A stretch of 64,000 nt of DNA from Eledone cirrhosa. Taxonomy: Eukaryota. The stretch lies in assembly GCA_964016885.1 (NCBI GenBank), contig OZ024744.1, positions 35,340,001 to 35,404,000 on the forward strand, written 5' to 3'. Made by a program: the position numbers and the translations under genes. Shown here piece after piece: positions 39,291 through 53,795 of this stretch. Each line of letters begins with the position of its first letter. Position 1 is the stretch's first letter. The notes beneath the pieces were generated by a model. The model did not search any database and was not told where the DNA came from. It saw only the letters and a list, made by a program, of their open reading frames with translations.

Positions 39291-40069
39291 TTTGACCTTT
39301 TTTAAAATATATTTTTTACTAGTGAACTGATTGTGGTGAAATTTGCAGTAAACTAAAGTAAAGACTTTAATTTTTTTTGTGATGTAGTCATTGTGCTGCT
39401 TCCTACTTTTCAAGAATGTAATACAGGGCATTAGGAGTACAGTAGCAGTGGTATTATCATGAGAAATTGGGCTTGATCCAAATAGAGCTAAACCATACCT
39501 CATAAGTTAGATAAAATTGAGAGGGAGAAAAAAAAAATGAAAAGAACTATCCATGTTTAGTGAAATGGGAATGACGGAGTTAGCAAGAATAAAAATGAAA
39601 ATATTCATGAATAACAAGGAAAAAAAAATTGGCTTGGATTGATTACTAAAATGCTTTTCGTAGTATTTCATATTCCTGAATACTGGAAACACTCCACAGA
39701 AATAAACAACTCCAATACTAAATAAATATATCAACCATGCCATGTCAACATAGAAAACAATCATATCACTACAATGCAAAGAGAAGATGATTAAAATCAG
39801 TCCAATACCCATATAGTAAGAGAAATACTTCTACTAAAACTCATTAGGCTTCCTACCCTGTTACCTAACTAAGATTCCATTAAAAAACATCTGCATAATG
39901 AAATCACCAATGGTTATAAATGCTATGGACAAACTATAAACATTCTCCTCTATATGGATAATTTGAAAATATTTATAATGGGACAATATACAATTGAAAA
40001 ACCACCACCACCGCCATCACTACTAAATTCAGATTTGCTATTCTTTTAGATGCACTACATGTGTTGAAT

Positions 40070-40230
40070 AAGGCGGCAAATTGGGAGAGTTGTTAGTACG
40101 TTGGATAGAATGCTTTGTGGCATTCATTCCAACTCTCTTTTCTCCGAGTTCAAGTCACACTGAGGTCAACTTTGCCTTTTATCCTTTTGAGGTCGATAAA
40201 AAAGTACCAGTCAAGTACTTGGTTGATTCT
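40070..40230 (+). mobile_element. SINE family with central GCCTTT-ATCC..GGTCGATAAA..GTACCAG motif
   Basis: B-box-like GAGTTCAAGTC followed by the conserved motif. Further copies at about 40795-40870, 44166-44335 (-), 47200-47310 (-), 50490-50670 (-), 55735-55890, 56250-56303 and 57633-57727 (-). Confidence 0.65.
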
Positions 40231-40488
40231 TCCTCTACATCTCTTTCTCACTTTCTAGCCTTCTCTGGAATAAATCTACTGTGTTCAGACCTAGAAAGGG
40301 ATAGGCTCCACCAGGCTTAAGATGTCTTAAGAAACGGCATATATGGTGCCCCTATGACTCCATCAGGAATTATAGGACTATCATATCACCAGTGTTGCAG
40401 CTTACAAAATCAACATCTTCTCTGTTGATTCCATATATTGAATTTTGGGAGAGTCATGCAGCTAGTCAAAACACATACACTGGTTGAA

Positions 40489-40703
40489 TCAACCCTTTAG
40501 AATTTACATTACTCTATATTTACTATTGTATTTTCATGACAAATTATCTTACATAATTATCTTACACAATATGGAAGCTATGATATTTTGATATTATTTA
40601 TTTTGAGAACAATACCTTAAAATCAGTATGAGTGGCTGGTTACAGCCAGTTTGAACAGAAAGAGGTGATAGAATTCTGGCCGGTTTAAATACTAAAGGGT
40701 TAA
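40489..40703. mobile_element. piggyBac-like MITE family 1
   Basis: TCAA-CCCTTTAG ... CTAAAGGG-TTAA. Confidence 0.75.
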
Positions 40704-40956
40704 GCTTCAGTTATATTATTAATCAGGTAATTAATCCATCAATCAGTTGGTTAATCAACTAATTCATTAACTGTCAATGCCTTTTCTGGATTTTTCTGTG
40801 AGTTCAAATTCCATTGTGGTCAACTTTGCCTTTCATTCCAACATGGTCAATGAAATTAAGTACGTGTTAAAGACTACAAACTGGTGGAATTGTTAGTGTC
40901 AAATGAATGCCTTGTATTCGTTTTGGCTCTGTGTTCTGAGTTCTTGAGTGATAGAT

Positions 40957-41204
40957 GTAACCCTTTAGCATTTAAACTGGCTGTATCTGGTCAGAAATCT
41001 CTCACCCCTTTTTGTTCAAACCAGCCATAACCAGCCACTCATACTTATATTAAGGTATTGTTCTCAAAATAAATAATATCAAAATCTCATAGATTCAATA
41101 TTATATGAGATAATTATGTAAGATAAAGCCTTTACTGTGAAAATATAATAGTAAATAGAAAATATAATAGTAAATATAGAATAATGTAAATAGTAAAGGG
41201 TTAA
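40957..41204. mobile_element. piggyBac-like MITE family 1 (opposite orientation)
   Basis: GTAA-CCCTTTAGCATTTAAAC ... TAAAGGG-TTAA, with a small internal duplication (AAATATAATAGTAAATA twice). Confidence 0.75.
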
Positions 41205-42359
41205 ACCATTGCCAGTTCAGTTCAAGACCACCATCTGATCCTTGGATTAAGGTTATTAAAAAAGAGATTAAGGATATTAAAAAAAAAAAAAATTATGCAT
41301 TCTTTAATCAACAGCAGATTAATCAACAAAATATCCCCCCCCCCACCACTTCAACCTCTACCATCACCATAATCATTATTGGAAGCATTTATGTCAGGCA
41401 TCTGCTTTTAAAGACTTCTCCCTCTATCTTCTACTAGTTTCAGAAGTCCTAAAAATATAAAAGGGCATAGGTATTGGTGTCTCCCTGATTAAGCAGTAAA
41501 AAAACATAAATGTAACTATGTAACTGGCAACACCATATTTAGAGTGTGTATCACATGGGACAGCCTGTGAGCTTGCCCCATGCCGGTTTTCTATACATAC
41601 TCAAATATATTCAGCAAACCCAAAAGTGTCCCCCCCCCCCCCACCACCACCATAAAAGTGTTGCCCAGAGTGGATTGACCCCTAGTTCCTTTCCTAGCTA
41701 TGCTAATGGTAACTGAATTGACAATACTATCATTGTGTGGTATTCATATCATACATACTGAGAGTAAGAGTAAATTCTAAGAAGAGTTGAGTACCAATAA
41801 ATTCAATTGTCACATAAAAAAAATTCTGTCTCAAATTCAGAGGCTCATTAGGCTGGAACTTATCTCCTGGTTTATTTATTGTTGAGCGATTGGAAATGAA
41901 AGTGGGGACACCAGCTCAGTGCAGATTTAAACCCCAACTGCTGCCATCATTCAGCTGAGAGGACTAGAATAATATGAAAAGTAGCGTGTTGCTCAAAAAC
42001 ACAATATGTTGGTCAATTGTGAGTCTTAATCCATAGATTACTTGCTTCCAAGCATGAGAATTGAATTCACTATCTTATGATCAATTAACTCAATACTCTA
42101 ACCACTAGACCACGCACCTCTCTGATTATTAAACTACATAGCTTTGTTTTTAATCTGTTGTCATGGGCAAAAACAACAACTGACATTTGAGTCTAGTCAG
42201 ATCCCTTCCCATCCTCATTGCTTGGAGTCAGAGATCATGGACAATAGCACCAATGCTCATCTAAATGATGCTGTATTAGTTGGTCTCAAATTCTCATCTG
42301 ACCATTACCCAGTGTGAAGCCATTGATCACTTAAAAAGGTTGTTACCAAGGGGATTACA

Positions 42360-42706
42360 GAATCACATCTACACCAGTTTTGAAATCAGTTATTCTTCTC
42401 CAAGACAAACTGCAAACCAAAGCTAATGAGCTCTGTCTACCTATTTTATATATTACTAAATCCTTTCAAATTTTTTATTATTTAAAAATCATAGGCAATG
42501 TCTTTCATACGAATATGGCAAGAAAAGGGTTAAAGTGTTTATATTTATCTAAAAACCTTGCCCTCATAATTTGATATATTCCAAACATTAGCTTAATAAC
42601 GAGAATATTATTACAAAAATCCTTCCAAATTATGATTATTTTCAAAATTATTTGAAAATCCGAGTAGGATTGTCTTTTATGAGATTAAGGGTATTGAAAG
42701 AGTTAA
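42360..42706 (-). mobile_element. two partial copies of piggyBac-like MITE family 2
   Basis: End in AAAAGGG-TTAA (about 42533) and AAAGAG-TTAA (42706); internal sequence is the reverse complement of 60157-60404. Confidence 0.5.
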
Positions 42707-43435
42707 AGAACTTCCAAGAAGCTTTGGATTTTGAGCAAGTATACAAAGAGAATGTGTAGGATGAGGAAAATGCAAAAAAAAAATCAAGAATTAAAAATCT
42801 GAAGTCTGTCTTGAGTTCAGAAACTTATCAGGCTGGTGCTTATCATGGTGTCTGTGATGTGAAGTGACTGAGAGTACAAGACTCCCTACTGGACAGGGAT
42901 GCCAGTCCCCAACTATTGCTGGTACTCATTTTCAGCTGAGTATACTGGAGCAACATGAAATAAAGTTTTTTGCTCAGACATGACACAGAACCCAGTCCAG
43001 GAATCAAATCCAAAACATTATCATCGTAAGTCCAATGCCCCTACCCCTAGGTGCTGTCACTTAAAAGTTTAAAAAAGAATTACAGTTACCACATCAACAA
43101 AAATTTTCTTTATCAGAACAGATGACAGGGACAGCCAGATACAACAAAGAGAAACAGAAAGAAATAGTGAGGGATTGGGGTGGAGAAGGAGGTAGCTGAG
43201 TAACAGGAGAAAGAGGAAGAGGTGGAGGAGTGAGCAGAAGAGCAGGAGAAGTATGCTTTGTTGGGAACCTATAAATCCGGTCATACACCTTTAAAATCGA
43301 TTGATGAGGCTTTCATTAGATGCTGTCAGAAGGTGCCAAAAGCATTGATTTAGCTTTACTCGGTGATGATGTTGTTCATGTTGGAGTAAATTATGCATTT
43401 TATATATATATATGTCTGTGTGTAAGCATATATAA

Positions 43436-43524
<89 letters not shown>

Positions 43525-43525
43525 C

Positions 43526-44151
43526 ACTCGAGAGAAGGCTACGTTGGTATGGACACGTGATGCGCATGAAAGTCGATAGCTGTATAACAAAGTGCAGGGC
43601 AATAAAGATAGATGGTAGCCACGGAATAGGCAGACCTAGAAAAACCTGGGACGAGCTGATAAACTCCGACCTCACACACTTACACCTCTCCAAGACAATG
43701 TCACTGGACCGAGACCTTTGGCGGTACTCAGTAACAGAGAAGACCCGCCTTACCTAAATACATAGTAAAACCTACTACAGCCAGCAGGCATCTCTAACAA
43801 AATACACCCCGTCCCACCACCCCCACCTTATCCACACCACCCCCTTCTATGTAAAGTTATGTCGATGCCACGCCATCCAGGCCGAAACAAATGAGATCGT
43901 GTAGGTGTCACGACAAAAAAACACACAGTCCACGCTGTAATGTGGCCATGTAGGCAACACGGTAAAAACCTCCCAGACCCACACTGTAAATGTGGTTGGT
44001 GTTAGGAAGGGCATCCAAACTGTAGAAAACCTGCCAGACAGTCCTATGCGAGCAAGACAATCACTCTTGCCTCAAGTGGGAATACCCTCGTCCAAACCCA
44101 TGCAAGCGTGGAACACGGACGTTAAACGTTGATGATGATGATGATGATGAT
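43526..44151 (+). mobile_element. RTE LINE copy C, 5'-truncated to about 625 bp
   Basis: [76 protein letters not shown] is identical in protein to the copy B C-terminus; full 3' UTR and (GAT)n tail; (TA)n on both flanks. Confidence 0.93.
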
Positions 44152-44165
44152 ATATACTTATATAT

Positions 44166-44335
44166 AATTGTTTCTACTTTAGGCACAAGGCCAGCAATTA
44201 CCCAGTGCATTACTGGTACTTTATTTTATCGACCCCGTAAGGATGAAAGGCAAAGTCAACCTCGGCGGGATTTGAACTCAGATCGTAAAGGGACGTAACT
44301 ATGCTGGAAAGCATGGCGTCCGACCCTCTACCGAT
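44166..44335 (-). mobile_element. SINE (GGTCGATAAA-motif family)
   Basis: TGGTACTTTATTTTATCGACCCCGTAAGGATGAAAGGCAAAGTCAACCTCGGCGGGATTTGAACTC contains the reverse complement of a B-box (GAGTTCAAATCCC). Confidence 0.7.
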
Positions 44336-44666
44336 ACTTATATATAATGGACTCTGGATAGGTAAAAATAAAGAAATGAATTTCCGTAATAATATCGATA
44401 CAGCTATGCATCAAAACACACATTATACTACCAAAACTACACAAATATAGTCATGTAACTCTTATAAATGTTTTTACATGTGATCATTAGAACATAATAG
44501 TGTATTTAAATAATTTCCCCATCATAACATTTATGTTTATTTGATTCACAAATGTTTACTTTTTGTCTGTGAGGGATTAGAATTAACTTTTACATGAGTA
44601 AATATGGTATGTATATATATATATATTTTCATCGTCATCACCATCCTTTTTGCATATATATATATA

Positions 44667-45761
44667 TCATCATCATCACCGTTTTACATCCATTCTTCCA
44701 CGCTAGCACCGAAGCATGCTGCCTTCATTTCTCTCCAGCCTTTGCATATCCTTGGAGTCATTGCCCATGTCTCACTACTATGTAGCATTGCACATCACAA
44801 TACAGGCATCATACAGCCGACCTTTCATTTGTAGGGAGAAACCTTTTGTTATTAATAGAGGTAGTGACTTCCTGAACTTTTTCCATTGTTTTAATTCTAG
44901 CTACTATATTCAGAGGAACCTACTTCACTGCTAATTAGATCACCTAGATAGCAGAAGCTATCAACCCATTCTTGGGATCCTACCTAGGATTAAAAAAAGT
45001 TGTATATCACTGACACTCTTACTATCAATTTTCCCTGAACATCTATTACATACAAAGTCTACCTTTCCAGTTAGTCTGCCTGTTATCCTGCTTATAACTA
45101 TTGAGTAGTTAAGATTTACATTGTGTACATCATATAGAGTTTCTACCTACTTCTTTTTTACATATCAAGCAATGGCAGTGGGATCAAGGACTAGTCTTCT
45201 TTCCTACTTATAAACACTTTAATTTAGCCCCTCCATTAAAAGGACTATAATAAACAGAATTGGGTTGAGGACCAAGCCCTGATACACTCCTACTCTTACT
45301 TTACTGACAGCTTCTTTGTACATAGCTTACACAGCTCTCACAAGTCACTATCTACATCTGGTTTTCTCAAGGACCACCAGATGACAGATTGTGGTACTTA
45401 CTCTACCAACAAAAGCTGGTTGTAGAGGCTTACTCTTAACTAAGAACTTCTCTTGTAGTTGTCTCACTAAAAAGATAGCATCTGTGGTGCTCCTCCCTGG
45501 CATAAAACCAAACTGATGTCATTTAATTTGACTCTTCATCTAATTAACTGTATTAAAACTCTTTCTGTTATTTTCATAACCTGGTCCATTAGTTTTATGC
45601 CCCTGTAGTTTCTCCTTTTTAGGGCATCAACGTTTTCCTTGTAAAAATTAATGAGTATACTGTTGGCCAGTTATTAGGTATAACCCCTTCCTGTATTACC
45701 TGATAGACTATGCAGGTTACTAGTTCAGCACCTCCTTGGAGGCTTTCAGCATCTCAACAAC
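44667..45761 (-). mobile_element. RTE LINE copy D, degenerate and internally deleted
   Basis: (ATC)n tail plus the terminal 40 nt joined directly to decayed ORF sequence colinear with copies A and B (GCATCATACAG, GGGAGAAACC, TAGCAGAAGCT, TTTCCTACCTAC-like, TTCAGCATCTC). (TA)n flanks. Confidence 0.8.
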
Positions 45762-46863
45762 TCTCTCTCTATATATATATACGTTTAAGTTTGGTAGTTC
45801 ATCACTGGGTAGGAGTGGTCAATCCGCAGTATTAATTATGATGTAATAGTAGGAAAGCACTCAACGTTATGCAACTCATCCATCTATGATATTGAATCCT
45901 GTTTCTATGTAACCTGGCCACTGAAATGTACATATGTTTGCAGAAATAAAAATTTAAAGGAATTTCATTTGTCCGACCTCCTCTATAATATGTGTGTGTG
46001 TGAGTTGATATAGATGTATAAATACATATATAACAATGTATGTGTGCGCACGAATATTTGTATTTCTGTATGCGGGGTTTGGGTGATATTTCTACATAAT
46101 TTTTCAAATTTGAATTTTTGAAGATCCAGCCAGTGGCTTCACTGAGACGTATTTCTGTTGGGATACACCGAAACGTTTAACTGTAAAGTCGAAACAGGTT
46201 TGTTCTGTGGTCTCATTTCCAGTTGGTATATATAGGTAATATTGTTCAAGTGAACCGCCGAACACACACACACGCACACGCACATATATATAAATAAATA
46301 AAAATATTGCTATCTAAACTGGCGTAACCTTTTGTTCAATACAATAGTCAGTGAGTCATGGTGCATAACAGCCTCTCAGCTGCGCGGCGTTTTCTGTGTG
46401 TGGGAGTGACTATCATAGTCTTCGTCTTCGTATTACTGTAACTATTATAAGCTGTGAATGTGTAACAAAACAACCACAACTTACCATTAACAATAATGAA
46501 AAAGTAAATAAAAAGAAAAAAAATACCAAACACGATCGCGCGTGCATACACATATGCACGCACATACACTTATACACACAAACATTCGAACATAAACCTT
46601 TCTCACCCCCACCCACCCCCATCAAACAAATATATATAAATAGTTGGCTGGTCTTGGTGTGCATCTTTGGTTGTATTGATCTTGAGATCGAAGCCACCAT
46701 TATTCGACAACCTCCTTAAGTGACAGAGTAATTATGATAAATAATGAATATTTAAGAAACCAAAACAGTGACACATTTGTTTAGCCCGTCCCAGAGAAAG
46801 GTTTGTATTCATGCGACTGTGATGTTGCTCCAATCGATGCATCACTCCGTTTTACATTGCAGG

Positions 46864-47020
46864 CAGTAGCGGATTAAACTTGCATAGGGCTGATGAACAT
46901 TTAACGGAGGACCTTGCATATTAAAAAGAAATAATAATTAATTTGGAGCCCTTTAAATATTGAAGAGCTCTTGACTACAGTCCAAGCATCTCCCTACTAC
47001 GACATCCTAATCCGCCACTG
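46864..47020. mobile_element. possible hAT-like MITE
   Basis: Terminal inverted repeats CAGTAGCGGATTA / TAATCCGCCACTG (12 of 13 match); no target-site duplication seen. Confidence 0.4.
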
Positions 47021-48479
47021 GATACGTCTATTACGTATCACTATTAACCAGGTTACGAAAGAGCCAATTTCGTTTCCCGCCTCGGAAAACCGGTAATAGT
47101 AAACGGAATTTGAACTGAAAACGGATAGATTCGCAAAAGATACAGCAACGTATTTGGTTCGCTGTTTTATTTCCTCTCTAGGTTAGCATTTAATTTTTTT
47201 AGGAGCGAAAAGCAAAGTTGATCTCTGCAAGATTTGAACTCATAGCATAGAGAACCGGAACGAATGCCCCCATAGCGTTCTATCTAGCTCTAACGACTCT
47301 GCCGATTCATCGTTTTATTATGTCACACACATTGACATGAAATTTTCGGTATGGGGTGATAAAAGAAATTGCGCTTAACCACCTGTTAGAGTTAGAATGT
47401 TTGTTGATACGTAACTAATACAGAAACATATATTTCAACAAGTATCTCTATACAAATCTCTCTCTCCCCCCTTTGCCTACACATATAATCATATGCACTC
47501 AAGGAAGAATATATCTTAAATTATACGTAGGGTTGCTGCTTTTGTTGCTTGGCTTTCATAGAACAAGCCGATGACGAAATTCGTGACAACTTATGACCAT
47601 CCTGTTTTTCTTTCTCTTTCAGATTTGTGTATATGACAGCATAATCCTACGTATCCACCCGTCTTAAAAGAGTAGGTTACGATTTAAGGGAGATATAGCT
47701 ATTTTTATATATCCGTGATCTCCAATAACTACATTTTAACGATAAGAACTCCAAACGATAGAAATAATGTGTACATTTTCCTTGTTATTTTCCTTTATTA
47801 AAAATTATATCATTTCATAATTAAAATAAAAGCTTTAGAATGCTATATAGAACTGTCAAACTTTACTGGCGAACCTTGTGGGAACCTGACTTATTTTTTC
47901 ACGAAACCTTAAAATATTTTAGTTAACCCTTTGGGTTCATAAGGCCCTAGGCTGGTGATCAGTTATATATTATTGGTTCGATGTAGGGGTTTATTTGGGG
48001 GAGATATCCGATTAGATAAGTACTCCGTCTCATCCCCTCTCTCTATATGTATATATTTCTTACACACATGCACTCTCTGTTTTTGCCGGCTTTTGAGACA
48101 GTCGTCAAAAAAAGTTTTAAGATTAAAAAAAAAAAATGAACGAAAGACGAAGGAGAGATACGATCAAGTTATAATTAACCCACAAAACTACTAAATGTGG
48201 TGCGATGTCATATTGATAGTTAGAAATATAGATACATGCACGTTTGGATAGACAGATAAATGCATACATAAGAAATGAATAAATAAACATTAAATAGACT
48301 ATGTTGTTGTTTAACCCCATGTCATCTCTGGTCGTCGTTTGATCAGTATTACACCTATAACCATTCCATCTTATTTTCAATATATCCAGCACTATATTAT
48401 TCAATGTGTCCTTCCTAGTTTTAAAGGCAGGTAATATGTATTTTGAGAAGAATTTGAGTGCTATTTTCAGTCGATCGAG

Positions 48480-49340
48480 CCAAACAAATAGATAGATAGA
48501 CAGATATATATATAGAGAGAGATAAAGAGAGAGTGTGTGTGTGTGAGAGAGACCGGTAAATTGACATTCTAGCAGATAAACTAACAAATAGGTGAGATAT
48601 GCCGGCTCACAGATAGATAGATAGACAGGAAAAACGAAAAAAAGCAAGAACCAATTCGCGCGGGGATTAGTTTGAGTTGACAATAAAACAAATATAAAAA
48701 GAAATAGACAGATAGATAGATACAGAGAGAGACTGTGTATGTGTGATAGATAGATAGATAGAGAGAGGGAGGCTGTATGTGTATGATAGATAGATAGAGA
48801 GAGAGAGAGAGAGGGAGGCTGTATGTGTATGATAGATAGATAGAGAGAGAGAGAGAGGGAGAGAGAGACTGTGTGCGTGTAGTGTGATTGACAAAGGTAA
48901 AAGAGAAATATAAAATATAAAAGATGTGTAGGAGGTGGATAAGTAAAATACAAATAAAAATAGAAATAACAGACGAAAAAAAAAGAAAAAGAGAAAAGAA
49001 AAACAAACAGTAGATGGGGAGGGAGTGAAGTTGGAGAAGGAAGAGGAAGGAGAGGAGGAGAAAAAGGAAAAAAGAGAAGGTGTGTATGTTACGTGTGTAT
49101 AGAGAAGGGAAGGCAAGTCGTTGCTGACGAGACGGCAATACATGATAACGAAAACAACAACAACAATAATAAGCAAACATAATTAATATAATAATAATAA
49201 AATAAATAATTATAATATAACAACAAAGAAAAAGAAGGAAGAAGTGGTGAAGAAATAATAATAATTAAAAATAAAAGAAATTAGAGAAAAGAAAGAATTG
49301 GCAGTTAAGCAAGAATTTCAGTCAATGGTCAGCAGTAGAA
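48480..49340 (+). promoter_or_regulatory. candidate promoter / purine-rich 5' UTR upstream of the candidate exon
   Basis: Strongly A/G-skewed, low-complexity tract ((GA)n, (GATA)n, (AAT)n) free of recognisable transposons, with a local CpG cluster (CCAATTCGCGCGGGG near 48651), leading into the ATG at 49341. Inference only. Confidence 0.3.
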
Positions 49341-49428
49341 ATGGAAACAAGAAACAGCAAAAGGAGGTCTGTGCTCGGCGAGGACAGGATGAGTTTCTTG
49401 AGGGACAGTAAAACGATGGATAAAGAAG
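49341..49428 (+). CDS. candidate first coding exon of an unidentified gene (METRNSKRRSVLGEDRMSFLRDSKTMDKE, phase 1)
   Basis: GAAATGG start context, higher-complexity island in low-complexity DNA, ends at AAG|GTAGGA donor followed by T-rich intron-like sequence. No protein family recognised. Confidence 0.4.
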
Positions 49429-49635
49429 GTAGGAATTAGAAAGAGTTATTATCATTATTATTACTATTGCTCTTGTTGTTTAATATTAATTTTATTTATC
49501 TATCGTTTGTTATCCATCGTAGTATCCAGATTATCCCGAGAGAAGGAGATTGTTTTTGTTATTGTTTGTTTTCCTTCACCTACTGCCCCACTCTCTCTCT
49601 CTTTCTCTAGCCCCTGACACACACACACACACACG

Positions 49636-49703
<68 letters not shown>

Positions 49704-49988
49704 CCTAAAATAAAGGTGAGAACCCAGTCTGTGAGAGGAGCTGTAATGTGTATTCTCTTTAAAACCCCAATGTTTACAAGTAGATACCTACCTGTAAACA
49801 TCGGTATTAAATCATATATATATATATTATGCACACATCTATCTATGTTTCTTTCTTCCCGTATGCATATACACAATATACATGCACGTATCTGTATGTG
49901 CTTGTGCATGCTTATATGTATGTATATACGCGAACATGTAAAAATACATTCAGCTGCAAAATTATGTTGCTATCTTTCTCTCTCTCTT

Positions 49989-50058
<70 letters not shown>

Positions 50059-51059
50059 TGTATGTATGTTTATAAACACAAATACACGTTTTTCTGTCTC
50101 ATATTTTCGTTCCACACCCAACCGCTGCGATCATTGTAATTTCCCCATAGTTAAAACATCGTATATATATTTTCTAGTTACCTCACGGTCTCACCTGTAC
50201 TTAGTTGTTATTTTTATCCTAACACGAACTGAGTTGTTGTTTAGCCCAGAGCAGCCCTGGTCAAGCTGACCCATAATCAAAGGTGTTTTAGTCGTTACCA
50301 TCGTATGCTATTTTCTTTTTCTTTTACAATTAGTACTACTTTATGCTTAAAAAAAAAAATATTTTCAAGGCGTGATTTAAGGGAAATTCTGCTGCTCTTT
50401 CTATGCGGCGAAGCGTTCACGTATAGACAATGATTACATATTCCCATCATACTATTATAATCTATAGCCTACTTTATAGAAATATAAAATTCAGCCCCAT
50501 CACATCACATTCCAGTGCTTGATTGATACTGAATGTTATCCACACCGAAAGGATGTAAATACTAAATTAATCTCGGTTAGAATTGAACTCAGAACAACAA
50601 GGGCCGTAACTAAATACCGTAGATATTTACTCCAACGCTCAAACTATTCTGTCAAATAACCACCTGTTGATATTACTAGAGATTTCATTGTTGTGGACAT
50701 TACGAAACCAGCAATTGTTATTATTATTATAATATTTTTTTTGCCATGAAAAGAGGATGGTATAAAACCGGTAGGAATGGAAGAGGAGAACCGGCATTAC
50801 AACGTTCTTCTACTTTCGTTTATCTCCGGTGTTGATATTTTCATGCATCTGGTGTTTGATAAATTAAACACCCGTTGGTTACACACGCAGACCCGCCACA
50901 CAAAATTACATCCCCACACACATTAAATTAGCTATTAGATATGCTTCAAAAACAAAAACAAAATCACCATCCAAGTAAGGAAGAAGTATTTATAAGTGAA
51001 TGGATCGAGGGATTCACTGAGTGATCTTTCGATCTGCAAGAAGTCACACCTCATCCTCT

Positions 51060-53095
<2,036 letters not shown>

Positions 53096-53383
53096 CTCCC
53101 TAAAAAGATGGAATGGTCATGTCTGAATGCCTTTATGTCATAGCTGTGCTCGATCAAGGAAGACCTGGCATTTGAGGGAATCTGCGTAGTCTCTTAATTT
53201 ACTAAAAACAGCTATCATTCTACCAACCCACTTCAAATCACACCCTACCATCTTAAATAAGGAAAGGCCACCTATTGCTACAGATTAACCCCACCCCAAA
53301 AAACTGGCCACGACTGCAAAGCCTTTGTTGATCTGCTCGATCAAGTTTACCGGGATGTACAGGCTAAAACAACTAATATATTA

Positions 53384-53795
53384 GACTTGTGGGAGATCGG
53401 TGACAGCTATCCAATTTTATACACCATACACCTTGTTATCACAAAAATCTTGTCGGATGATCCATAAGTAATAGATTAAATCAATATAATCCCGACAAAA
53501 AGATTTAGTTTCCTGTTTAATCAGAATGAACATATTTTATAAACAATGTAAATAACAAAACTAATATCATTGGACTTGAGGTAGATCGGTTGACAGATAT
53601 GCAACTTTTTGGTACACACCTTACACCATGTTATCACAAAATCTTGCCGGATGTTGCACAAGTGTTAGATTGGTACACACCTTACACCATGTTACCACAA
53701 AATCTTGCCATATGTTGCACAAGTGTTAGATTAAATTGACATATTTCTGACAAAATGATTCAGCTTCGTGCTGAATGAAAATAAACAAATTTTAT
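53384..53795. repeat. diverged tandem duplication (about 190 bp) with a nested 61-bp duplication
   Basis: GACTTG..AGATCGG.TGACAG.TAT..ACACC.TACACC.TGTTATCACAAAA starts near 53384 and 53573; GGTACACACCTTACACCATGTTA..GTTAGATT repeats at 53611 and 53672. Confidence 0.75.

Noticed and set aside
39507-39812. Hydrophobic 101-aa minus-strand ORF
   Set aside because: Hydrophobicity follows from T-rich composition; no recognisable motif or convincing exon boundaries.
46340-46420. TGAGTCA (AP-1) site and small CpG cluster
   Set aside because: A single short motif is expected by chance; no independent support for a regulatory element.
49120-49160. CTGACGA...CGAAA hammerhead-like core (also CTGATGA near 26679)
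   Set aside because: Stem II and the NUH cleavage site with stems I and III cannot be formed.
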